Origin: Isurus oxyrinchus
Taxonomy: Eukaryota
Assembly: GCA_026770705.1 (NCBI GenBank)
Contig: JANJGN010000041.1
Span: forward strand, 5,084,001-5,148,000
Direction of reading: 5' to 3'
Length of the DNA stretch: 64,000 nucleotides
Shown: positions 53,262-64,000 of the stretch, piece after piece
Numbering within the stretch: the first letter of the stretch is position 1
Layout: each line of letters opens with the position of its first letter
Notes under the pieces: generated by a model
Databases searched by the model: none
Told to the model about the DNA's origin: nothing
The model's input: only the letters and a program-made list of their open reading frames with translations
Translations under genes and position numbers: made by a program

Positions 53262-53466
53262 CCGCCCGCACACACACCTTAAATCAGCTTATATTTCAAC
53301 TCTTTCTTGGACTCGAACTCAAGTTCTGTCAAAGGGTCATGAGGACTCGAAACGTCAATTCTTTTCTTTCTCCGCCGATGCTGCCAGACCTGCTGAGTTT
53401 ATCCAGGCAATTCTGTTTTTGTTTTTGTTTTGGATTTCCAGCATCCACAGTTTTTTTTGTTTTTAT
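52721..53466 (+). mobile_element. 5'-truncated, young Penelope-like element (GIY-YIG C-terminus plus 3' pLTR-like region) with 12-bp TSD
   Basis: Uninterrupted EHLRSVRKNDPNLPVACHFNTPPCSLAHMSVLGLLHCSSEAQRKLEEQHLIFRLCTLQPSGLNIEFNNFRS*, the C-terminal half of the Penelope GIY-YIG endonuclease. Flanked by AAGTAATGGAAG at 52709-52720 and 53467-53478. Confidence 0.88.
53321..53361 (+). ncRNA. Minimal hammerhead-ribozyme-like motif with variant core, in the Penelope 3' region
   Basis: AAGTT-CTGTCAA-A-GGGTC(ATGAG)GACTC-GAAAC-GTC-AATT. Stem II pairs, and the GAAA core and GUC triplet are present, but CUGANGA is replaced by CUGUCAA. Confidence 0.45.
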
Positions 53467-56044
53467 AAGTAATGGAAGGGTTCATCAAGCGGCATCTGAT
53501 CAGCAGTACTCTGCTCATGGAGGCTTAGTCTGGTTCCAAAAGATTCAGTCTGTTCCTAATAGCATCACCGCCATGGTCAAAATATGAGGTAACAGCTTAA
53601 CTCCAGATGTGACGTGATAGTGAACACACCTAATATCAAGGGAGCATATGATCACGTGGGGCATCAAGGCGCCCTCAAATAAACTGAGTAAACGTGAATT
53701 AATGGGAAAACTCTTCGTTAGATGGAGTCATATCTGGCACAAATGAATATTGTTCTGGAAGTTGCAGAAGATTCATCTCAGTTCAAGGATGTCACTGCAG
53801 GAGATGCTGAGGATTTTGGCCAGTCCTCAGTACCATCAGCTGCTCCATCTATCACCATTCTTCCATCATAAGCTCATAATTGGTGATTTTCGATGACGAT
53901 TGCACAATGGACAGTATATTTGCAATACCCCAAATACTGACCCGTCCATGCCCAAATACTGGAATGCTTGGATATTATCCAGGCTTGTGGAGAGAAGAGG
54001 CAAGTAACGTTCATGACACATAAGTACTTAGCATTTTTATCTCCAAAAAATAAACTAACCATCGTCGCTTGGCATAAGTAATATTATAATTTCCGAAACC
54101 ACCGCTACCATCATCCTAGGAACAACTGTTGACCAGTAATTGAACTGGCCAAACCATACAAATACTGTGGCTACAAGAGCAGGCCAGTGGATAGGGAATC
54201 TGCCGCGAGCAGATCACGATCTGACTCCCCACTGCTGGGCCACCACCTACAATACACAACTCAGGAGATCCCGGAACAATGCTGCTCCAACAGCCCTCAG
54301 CATCCTCAATACCATCCATGACAAAGCTGGATTGGCAGCCCTTCAATAAGCGTGCACTCCCTCCAACAGCAACGAACAATGATGGCAGTGTGCACCAGCT
54401 GCAATATTTTCCTCAGGAGTACAGCCCTCTGCCTTAGACAGTACATCGTAAATCCAGAACAGCTGCCATCTAGAAGGACAAGAACAGCAGGCACATGGGA
54501 AAACCAGCACTTGCAGGTTTTCCTCCCCGCTACTCACCATCCTAGCTTGGGAAGATCCGCGTTCCTTCATTGTCGCTGGGTCAGACCCTGGAGCTACAAC
54601 CTTTTACTGAACTGTTGGTTTATCTGCAACAAACGGACAACCAAGGCTCAAGCATTGTATTCCCCACCACCTTGACAAGTGTAATTAGGACGGGCAGTCA
54701 ATGGTTGCCTAGAACAGCGATACTAACATCCCGTAAAAGATAAAGAAGAATGTAGACATGTTAACAAGTTGAGAATTTTTCCAACTTTTCGTCACTATGT
54801 GGCATTCTGTTCATAAACAATGACTGCAATGATATTGAATTTATTCAACGTAGATGTAGAAAGATTTTTTGGTACAGCAGGGAGTTATGGGTTTTGGAGC
54901 ATGTCGGAAGTTCGAGTACAGAGAGCCTGCAGGTCCGTTCTGACCTTAGTAAATAGTGGAGCGGGATAGGAGTGTCGATTGATCTGCTTCAGACGCTCAG
55001 CGCTATATTCAAATCTTAACTTTTCCCTAATTGTAAACAACATACATACATATTTACTCCTGTGCTCCAATCCTCTTACAAATAATGCCAACGTGTTATC
55101 TGCCCTCTTAAGCGATTTCTTTACACACAAGCTCTCGTGTTTCAAAGTTTTTAAATATTATACTCTGCTTTAATAATATTAGTGTCGAAGTCAGTGAATT
55201 CACACTTCGACACATGACACTTCATGTAACATCATATTGACAGCTGAATTCATCATTCTATATCTCTCTGCAACCTTTCTGTTCTCCCCCTCAGCTAATC
55301 TTTCTCCATAGGTCTATGTGATCAGCAGGATTTGATACATAATTCTTTGTCCCTACTCTCGAGTCATTAAGATTGATTTTTGGAGCCATTCAGCAACTTT
55401 CAGCCTTTTAAATAGGAACAAGATAATGTCATTCTCAGCGTCAGGCATTTTAGAATAGGTGTACAATGCCTCGAGCCAGTTCTACAGAAATAGAAGAAGG
55501 CAATTTTGTCCTTCTTTTGTTTTTGTACAGACGAGGTGGGGGAGGGATCCAGACTCTGCCAATCCTATTACACAGGGAACGGGGGTACCACAATTAATTC
55601 TATTTTCTACCCTGTAACACAGGAGCTGGGGGATGTCATTTAGCACCCACAGCCTGTTGCCGTGGAACTCTGCGGGGGAATGACTGTACTGGAGCAATAA
55701 ACACGTCATTGGAATGCTCCACACAAGCCCTAATGGAGGACACAAATTTGAAAAAAAAATGCTCCTCTTGTAGAATTGCATATGCAGCGGGATATCAATG
55801 TTAAAGATTTCTTTGTTGTTGATGGTTTTCATGATATGACAGTAACCAAGTGGAAGCTGTAATGTATGTTTCTGGCGCATGCGACCCTGAGGAATGGGGG
55901 ATACATGTTGGTGAATTGAAGTTGTCAGATGATAACAAGAGTTTCAGTTAGCTCTCCCCGACATCGGTTTGTGTACCTCCTATTTATGACAAGATTTAAA
56001 AGAAGAAATGTTGGGCGTTTACAGTCAAGGAATGGATAATGGGT

Positions 56045-56212
56045 NNNNNNNNNNNNNNNNNNNNNNNNNNNNNNNNNNNNNNNNNNNNNNNNNNNNNNNN
56101 NNNNNNNNNNNNNNNNNNNNNNNNNNNNNNNNNNNNNNNNNNNNNNNNNNNNNNNNNNNNNNNNNNNNNNNNNNNNNNNNNNNNNNNNNNNNNNNNNNNN
56201 NNNNNNNNNNNN
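56045..56212. other. Assembly gap (168 N)
   Basis: Run of n characters. Confidence 0.99.
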
Positions 56213-58270
56213 ACAATATGATTGAAAGTGTCCTCCACTTTCAAATGGGGAAGAGTGTGCCTGAGTCAAGTGTTTAAGTGTAAAGATGGACATCTATTTG
56301 GGCATGAAAGCTAAGTGAGCTGATGCGAATGGGAATATTAGGCTTGGTGAGAGGTCAAAGGAGCAGCAGTGGCTGGCAGTTAATGAGGCATTTCAGAAGA
56401 CTCAGAGTACGTATATCTCTGCAGTAAAGAAAGATTCTTAATGGAGGACCCACCATCCACCGATAACTAAAAAAGTTAGTGAAAGCAGCGAGGTAATGGA
56501 AAACAGAATAAACCGTGCAAAGTTTGTTGCCAGGTCAGGTTATTGGCCAGTTTAATAGTAACATCAAGGAATAGATTAAATGGTTACCGGGAATAAGAAA
56601 TTATAGTCTGAGGTGAAAAAAAACCTAGAAATATAAAACGTATAGAAACAGTTTCATCAGAGTTTTGTGGAAAGGAGAAGAGGAAGTAAAGGGAGTGATA
56701 TTCCCTTTCTGCATTAAAAAGAGAGTCAATATTAGCTAATAAGGGAATGGGGAAATAAATGAAGGCATATTTTGCTGCTGTATTCAGCACACAAGTAACA
56801 CAAATGTTCCACTAATTGCTGGAAAGCAAGACAGGAAAGGAAGAGGTATGTTGGTGAAATCACAATCACTAGGAAAGAGGTACTAAACAAACTGATGGAG
56901 CTGCAGGCAGACACGTCTCAGGGACCTCTGGAACATCATCCTAGGATCTTAAAAGAGGTGGCTAATGAAATGGTAGATGCGTTTTTGTTGAAATTCCAAT
57001 TTTAACAATTTTCGGGAAACATTCCATTCCAATGGGAGCACGAAAAGAACCTCACAATTCAACAAGGACGGGATATGGATAACAAGACATTATGGGCCGT
57101 TAGCTTTACATCTGCCATGGAGACGGTGCTAGAAATGATTAGGCAGGAGTTTATAGCTGTGCATTTAGAGATAATCAAGATAATTGGGAACATTATCCAT
57201 GGTATTCTGAAAGGGACGTCTTGTTTAACCATTATTTGCCGTTGTTTGAATTATAGACATGCATTGTGGATAAAGGGCTGATTTTGTATGTGCTGTATTT
57301 CGGACTCTCGGAAGGCATTTGATAAGATGCCACATCAAAGTTTAGTTTAGATGAAAAATGTTCATGACCAAAGGGTTAACTTATTAGCATTGATAGAAGA
57401 TTGGGTAGCCAGCAGATTAGAGAGACGATGGAGCATAATCTGGGATAATGGGAAGTTTTCACTTTGGCACAGACAATGAAAATAAAACTGGGTAATGATT
57501 AAACTGAGAAAGGCTGCAGGATTCCGAACTGCAGGAGAATCAAGCTGGTCAAGTACATGAGTTGGAGAAAGTGGCCATGCAGGGAGAGCATGTAGTTTCA
57601 GAATGAAATGCTATGCTTTTTTTGTGATGGGAATTGAAATTAAAAATAAGGATGCTATGCTTCACTTAAGCAGATCATTGCTGAAATCTAGAATTTTGTG
57701 CGTCGTTTTGATTGCCCTGTTTATGCAAGGATGTGGATGCCTGGGGGCGCTTCAGAGAACGCTCACTAGGTTGTCACCTGGAATGAATGGAATGTGTTGT
57801 GAGGAAACTTTAAGAAGATCGGACTTGCCTGCACAGCATTTTACAGGAGGAGGGGGGGGGGGGAAATAATTGAATTCTATGCGAACCTGAAAGCTTTGTC
57901 GAAGGCTGTGGGAATCCATCGTTGATGTTTTGGTTGAGCAGCTAATTAGGAGTCATTTATTTTTTTCTTAATTGCTTTGCCCTTGTAGCACACAGTTTTT
58001 CTATTTGTTTGTGTGCGTTTTTATTTGTTTCTCCTCGAGGTTATTCTGACGTTTGAACGCTCTGCATTAGAAGGCCGAGGAGGCCCGATCACTGAATATT
58101 GTTAAGATGGAGGCCAATATATTTTAGCCAGGAAGATTAATCAAAGTTTATAGGGTTGGGTGGGATTTTGGTACTTGAAAAAATCAGATTCTCCATTAAC
58201 TTAATGAAAGGAGGAGAAGGCTCGATGTTCCAAATAGCCTATGTCTGCTCAAATCTTCTGTGTTTGTATG
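56213..58270 (+). mobile_element. Decayed CR1 LINE ORF2 to 3' UTR
   Basis: LMELQADTSQGPLEHHPRILKEVANEMVDA, HGILKGTSCLT, VLYFGLSEGI (degraded VYLDF.KAFDK), GIEIKNKDAMLHLSRSL and a 3' UTR ending GGCTCGATG...GCCTA..TGCTC. Confidence 0.85.
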
Positions 58271-58339
58271 TTCGTAATCGTGACAACATGGACCAATTTG
58301 ATCAAAACAATATCAGCTTAAAATTTATGTTCTTATCAG

Positions 58340-58650
58340 AGCGGTAGAGTTCAGAGTGCACAAAGGCGATGGATGAATGAGGTTTCGTGAGATTTTGATA
58401 TTGGGCAGCAGAGTTCGCACTTTGATCGCACAGATTTGTAACTGGGTGTTGCCAGGAAAATAATTAGTAAAGTTGAGCCTGGATTTCTCAGAAGGACAGG
58501 TGAGACCTTGAGCAGCAGATGATCTGGAGTGCATGTTCTGATATAATGTTGGGGATCGAGTGAAAAGCTTTGGTTGAGTGTGATGATATGGAGGCGCTTG
58601 TCATTTAGTGTCAAGTAGATGGCAAAGGTTCTGCACTGTCTGTTTCAGCA
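58340..58650 (-). mobile_element. Old L2-like LINE fragment
   Basis: Minus-strand PQHYIRTCTPDHLLLKVSPVLLRNPGST resembles the L2 ORF2 C-terminal region. Confidence 0.4.
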
Positions 58651-59129
58651 TCAGATATTAGCCAGATACTGGTCCAGGAACGCATATTGTTTAGAAATTA
58701 GGAAAAAGTCCGCCATCTTCACATTCTTGAGCATCGCACATGTTAATGCCATGAATCATGGATTCTAGGCATAACATCTGGATATAATGATTTAACAGGA
58801 AGTCCGCCAAAGCAATGATAGGAGAATGAGTTAACAAAATCATCAGTAAGTTAAGAATGGGTTGCCGAGTTAATAACTGGACGCCGAGATTCAAAAAATA
58901 AATACAAAGCAGGGCACATTAAATAGCTAGAATAGCAGCGTCAAACATCGCCCATAGAAATACTCACTGAGTAGAGTATCTTATTGGGGCACAAACAGTA
59001 GCCACGATAACTAAGAAATATATTAAAACACTGGTCCGAAATGGGTCAGTTCGGCTTAGTTATCCACTAATCATTTGCAGAAATAACGTTGAAACTGTAA
59101 GATAATCCACTGCCCCTTGTTTGTACATT

Positions 59130-59320
59130 CCATTCTATTGTTCCTACATCGACTGCATTGTGGTAACATTCAAAACAATTGATCTCAGATGCATATTCAG
59201 TTATGCAACATTCAGTTCGTTTATTCTCAGATTCAAATGCATTCTGGAACATTTAATTCTGTTGTTCTCAGATTCAAAATGCATTGTTGTACCATCCTAA
59301 TCTATTGTTCTGAGATTCAG
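59130..59320. repeat. Degenerate ~45-bp tandem repeat
   Basis: TTGTTCTCAGATTCAAAATGCATT-like core at ~59222, 59261 and 59305, with weaker copies upstream. Confidence 0.6.
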
Positions 59321-59410
59321 AACTGTGTAGGCAAACTGGGTAAATGTTGCTCGAAAATGGAAATCCAACGGCAAAGTGGAGTCTCATTGACTGCCGCAGC
59401 GCCAGGCCTG

Positions 59411-59482
59411 TTTTCTTTAGTATAGTGGTGAATATCCCCACCTTCCACACGGGACATCGGGGTTCCATTTACCAATGGGGAG
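59411..59482 (+). pseudogene. tRNA-Asp-derived pseudogene (anticodon position reads TCC)
   Basis: Ungapped 72-nt match to canonical vertebrate tRNA-Asp(GTC), with 15 substitutions by my count. The acceptor and T stems are damaged. Confidence 0.8.
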
Positions 59483-61492
59483 AAAAGTCATTGTTTGAAT
59501 TGTGCACTGTGGAATATGTGGTCATGCTTTTGATTAGCAAATCGGTTTTCATCTCCCCATGATGATTTACCTAAAGAGCAGTTCGTCATCACTTGGGACA
59601 GAAGACAGATTTGCAAGTATACATTGTGAGTAAAAGTTTCTGGAAAGATCTGGGTATCACAATCCCCTCTCGGTAACGGCACTTCAATCCATCATGCTGT
59701 CTGCTTCCATCTTGGAGACATCGCAATGTTTACACAAAATTACGCATCCCAACGTTTATCCAGGGCACTTCATTCAAATGAATGAATCGACAATGGCGCA
59801 AGTCATATCAGATTTTTCGATAACCGATGAGGTCAACGTAATTCACATCAAAACCACGATTGAGCATCCAGGCCGAACTGACGACAACCCGCTCCAGGTA
59901 ATATCACAGCTTTACATCACCCGTAACCGAAGCTGTTGAAGCCTGAAATAAGTTTGCTATGGCCAGAGTGCCAACTGAAATGTACTCAGTGTATTTCGCT
60001 AAGCACCAAACTGGCAAACGCAGAAAGGAAAGAACATTTGAAGTCACGAAAATGTCCATTCCACATTCCACACTTAAACGCCATTCTTGAATTTAGTCAT
60101 TACTTGTGTTATGTGATCACTTCCCTTCAGCATATATAAATTCAAGCCAAAAGAAATAACAACATTGCATGCAGTCGTCTCAAATGACCAAGATAATCTT
60201 GTGCAAAAACAGATTTTCGCCAAGAATCCCCTGGTTCTGTCAGCAACGCATCAAATATTTGCCGCCTGGTAATTTGTTGCACTTCAACTAACCTTCTGAC
60301 TGTCAAATGAGTCTGGATTTTGAACGACACTCAACAAACTCTTCAGAACACACGGTGCTTAAAAGTGAAATAAGCTATTCGATTTCACTTTTGCATGCAA
60401 CCCGAATTATGCATGGCTTGTTCCTCACACCTAACAGGTTCTCTCCCAAGTGAGACGAACAGGTGAAAAAAATGTCTGCTGGGCGAGAAAACCAATCAAT
60501 TTTAATAGACAACTAAATTATTGGAAAAAGTCAGCAGGCCTGAAAAAATCTGTGGAAAGTAAGACACGGTTTACTTTACGAGTCTGTGTGGCACTTCCAA
60601 AAAACGGTAATTTTTAAACTTTGTTTGGACGTGTTTGTAGATGTTGCTTTAAGCAGTCTATCCTCACCACACTACTCCACTCCTCTTTAGGCAGTTAACA
60701 TTCAGTCTGAAATGAAACTAGCCGTGTGGATATCCTATCCAGTCGCCTCATAAACGAATAAATCAAATCACGCTCTCCCCATGTAGCCTCCACTCCTCTG
60801 ACCTCAACTCCCTCTGCTGGTCCTCAATTCTGCATCGACAGCTTTCCAGAAATTGATGATTTTTAACCCTTCGATCGAACGCCCTTTTTTATTTCTGTGC
60901 TGAAAGCTGATCATGAGATTTCAAGCTTTTTGTTATCCATTCTGCATGACGCCCCTTTCGTACACGGATCCTATTGCTGCACTAAGGCTTTATCTCTGAA
61001 GAGGGACCAAGAAGGACATAAGATAGAGAGTGACATAGCCCATGATTTGGAAACGTTGCTTCTGTCAATATTGCTTATGTTGCTGCATGTAAAAGAAGAA
61101 ATTAGCCTCTTCCAATAGTGGTTATATGTCATGTTTAGCATCTGACAAATTGACATGGTTTTTGCGGATATTGGAAATAGAGCAGCGAGTGTCACTGCAG
61201 CAGAAAGGCGTTTGAAGCGTATGGCCGACTTTAATTCCTTTCGAATTCTTTGCGAGACTTTGTGAGTGAAGAAATGCGTGAAATAGCTGAGGAAGAAGCA
61301 GCTTTGCTTCAGCACAACGGACAAAACCGATGCCATTCAACGATTTTTAAGAAAGAAGATTTATCCAGTATAAACCGATGGAAGGTAAGTGTCTGCATTG
61401 AGCAGGCAAAGTGTGTAACTATTGCTTCAAAATGAAAATCTCACCGCAAACTGGAACCTTACTGGCTCCCTTGGAAAGCAGAAGCAGGCCGC

Positions 61493-61564
61493 TCCTCGTT
61501 CGTATAGTGGGGAGTATCCCCGCCTGTCACGCAGGAGACTGAGGTTTAAATTCCCGACGGGTAG
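61493..61564 (+). tRNA. tRNA-Asp(GTC), probably a pseudogene
   Basis: TCCTCGTTCGTATAGTGGGGAGTATCCCCGCCTGTCACGCAGGAGACTGAGGTTTAAATTCCCGACGGGTAG has 10 substitutions against canonical tRNA-Asp by my count. The B box GTTCGA has become GTTTAA. Confidence 0.8.
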
Positions 61565-62129
61565 ACAAGTCCATGCTCATATATTGCGAGGTCGAAAGCG
61601 TTACCATGCTTTTGATTCGCAAACTGCTTTTAATTTCCACAATGTGATTGACAGAATGGGTATCTACAGGAGAGAAGGCAGATTTGCTCAAATATAAAAT
61701 GAGCAGATTTTCTGGACAGATGAGTTTATCAAAATCACTTGTGATCAACGGCGCTTTCCGCCATTATTCTGTACCCTTACATCTTGTAAGCGTCGAAACG
61801 TTTACCCAAAATAACGCATTTCCATATGTGTCCACTGCTTATGCTGCCTGAGTTCCTGGTGCTGGTGCAGCACATCAATGTCGATGGAGTATTGAGTGCA
61901 CGCTTTATATTCGAAGGTTAGTACATCTCTCATGAAGCATTAAGAGAGAGAGGCGGAGGCAATTCAGCCAATGGAAGCTGCGCTGCTTTTCATTTGCAAT
62001 GTAGCTGACATGTGTCGGAACTCCATCAATGCACATTGGCTCCATGATACTTGAACATTTTTCAAAATGAAAGCTACCAAATGCAGTTTTTAAAATGATT
62101 CATTTGTTTTCTAAATTAACCTGAAAGCA

Positions 62130-62535
62130 CCATGTTGTTAATCCTTGTCTCCTCGTACTACCCCTCTCCCTGTAGTCGCTTACTGATATATTGCATCATT
62201 CATATACCATGTTTCCAAATCCCGAGATCTGCTCATCCCCTCCTTATCTCTGAAATCACCTCCTGCCCAATAATTAATTCAGGTATTAATGGTTCTCGAA
62301 TTCACCCCTCATTTGCTTTCCTTGGCAGGAATGCATTCTGCTGCTGGAGCCTCGAGCTCCTGTATTCCGTCTGTTAGCCTCTCCACCTCTCTCTTCCCGT
62401 TTTAGATAATCCCTAAAATAAAATGTTCTCATTTGAACTTGAGGTCGACTATTCTTAATATGTTTCGGGGAGGGTTTTGGTAATTTATCCCACTCTCAGG
62501 CTTCTGTGTGGCGCCTTGGGACATTTCTTCACTCA
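62130..62535 (+). mobile_element. L2-like LINE 3' end, old
   Basis: CCCCTCCTTATCTCTGAAATCACCTCC and a terminal TGTG.GGCGCCTTGGGACATTT, typical of an L2 tail. Confidence 0.55.
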
Positions 62536-62589
62536 CCTGGAGGGACAAAGATATCACCTTGCTAATTGGGCAGTGCAGACGCCTCCGTT

Positions 62590-63135
62590 CATCTCAGTTT
62601 GACACGATTGGAGCACTCTGAGTATGGCTGGTCCCATATCCCTCACTTCTAACACAGTCTGAGGACCGTGTGCAGTGTTGGTGTCTGTATCCCTCTGCTA
62701 GAGCACCCTTGGAGAACTGTCCGCAGTTCTGGTCTCCATATCACTCGGTTAGACCACACTTGGAGCGCTGAGCAAAATTCTGGTCACAATATCCCTCGGT
62801 TTGTTAACATTTGTAGCACTGTGCACATTTCTGGTCTCGATATCCCTCTGTTAGACCGCACTTGGAGCGTTGTGCACAGATCCGGTCTCCATATCCATTC
62901 GTTAGCCGAAGCATGGAGCTCTGTGCACAGTTATGGTCTAATATGCGTTGGTTAGACCACACCTGGAGTATTGTGAACAGTCCTGGTCACCATACCACTC
63001 GGTTAGACCCCACCTGGAGCACAGTACACAGTTCCAGTGTCAATATCTCTCAGTTACACCATATAAGGAGCACTGTGCACGCTTGTTGCCTCCATTAGCC
63101 TCGGCTGGGCCGCATGCAGAGCACTGGAAGCAGCG
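62590..63135 (+). repeat. 51-bp minisatellite derived from CR1 ORF2 (LVRPHLEYCVQFWSP) sequence, about 10 copies
   Basis: GTTAGACCACACTTGGAGCACTGTGCACAGTTCTGGTCTCCATATCCCTCG recurs at ~62698, 62749, 62799, 62850, 62901, 62952, 63002 and 63053. One copy translates as VRPHLEYCEQSWSPY. Confidence 0.88.
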
Positions 63136-63319
63136 CCGTTCCCTGGGATGGTGATGGCCCTGGCCTTTGGGACAATGGATGTGAGTTCTGATTCTGCGAG
63201 TGTGTGACTGCATTGGTGGGGGAAGATGCAAATGTGCCCTAGGCATTCCCTGACCTCCCCTCCCCAGCACAGTCAATATGTTGACACAGCGGCACTGAAG
63301 TGCCCCCAAGGGGCACTGA

Positions 63320-63860
63320 TGTAGTTATTTGATTCAATAGCAGTGGGGCAGGGTTCATTGGTCTACACATGCATCAGTGAACCGAACACACTGGACCTTC
63401 CTCATCCCACTGCAAATCCCCATTCCAGCACAGAGCCGTGAACAAGCCATGCAACACACTGCCCTCCAGACTCCTGCCCTCGACTACATTGCCTGCTCCC
63501 ATGACTGCACTTCCACAAAAACCAAGCATTCCTATAACCTCCCAACGATTGAATAGCTCTCGCTGCCATGGGGACATGGTCATTTTCCCCCTGCACACTA
63601 CAGCCGCTGCTTCGAACCCTACTGGCTGCCAGAGCCTGTAGCACAATCAGGAAGCCTGAGGCTCCTCCATTTTTTCCTCCTGTGTTCCCCATGCCTGCCT
63701 CACTCGCAGGCATCCCCTCTTGTCCCTAGCCACTGATCGAATCAGAAGACCATGTCCTGAATAATGTGACTGCCCTCTAGTACAAATGACCAGGCAAATG
63801 CCCCACTCCCAGAGGCATCAATGTGTCAGCGGATGGACCTCCATCTGACACTCACTGTAA
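63320..63860 (-). mobile_element. CR1 ORF1 fragment
   Basis: Minus-strand similarity to the ORF1 blocks at 3500-4100 and 17500-18050. Confidence 0.45.
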
Positions 63861-64000
63861 CCCTCCCTCTTTGTCTTCCAAGTTATTTCTCCATTTTTCT
63901 CTCTCACACATTCTCTCTCCCCCAAACACGTGTTTCTCCACCTGTTTCCTTATTGCATCCCTTCTCTGAATCTCTTGCTCAGTTCCTCCCTCTCTCATCT

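Larger units (their letters stand above)
52260..54745 (+). mobile_element. Second CR1/L2-group LINE family copy, split by a Penelope-like insertion
   Basis: RT motifs on both sides of 52721-53466 (IIRKVME|GFIKRHL; DIKGAYDHVGHQG; IFDDDCT). The 3' tail ...AACATCCCGTAAAAGATAAA lies at ~54725-54745. Confidence 0.75.

Noticed and set aside
55925-56293. ORFs spanning poly-X
   Set aside because: Artefacts of the 168-N assembly gap.

Overview
Repeat-dense vertebrate genomic DNA. The repeat families and receptor type suggest a cartilaginous fish (inference). The coding content is a same-strand cluster of class A GPCR genes of the GPR139/GPR142-like type: an intact 3' coding exon at 12-889 (exon 1 lies upstream of the window), a frameshifted pseudogene at 23897-24709 that the ORF track mostly misses, and a complete two-coding-exon gene at 36984-37053 + 45342-46198 (308 aa). 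Between them lie a heavily decayed, apparently intronless ODF2/cenexin-like pseudogene interrupted by a SINE, many CR1, L2 and RTE LINE fossils, and a hAT transposase fossil. There is also a young Penelope-like insertion with a 12-bp target-site duplication and a hammerhead-ribozyme-like motif, two tRNA-Asp pseudogenes in a duplicated cassette, several minisatellites (one derived from CR1 RT coding sequence) and a 168-N assembly gap. All homology calls were made by eye against remembered family motifs; no searches were run. Repeat boundaries are approximate.
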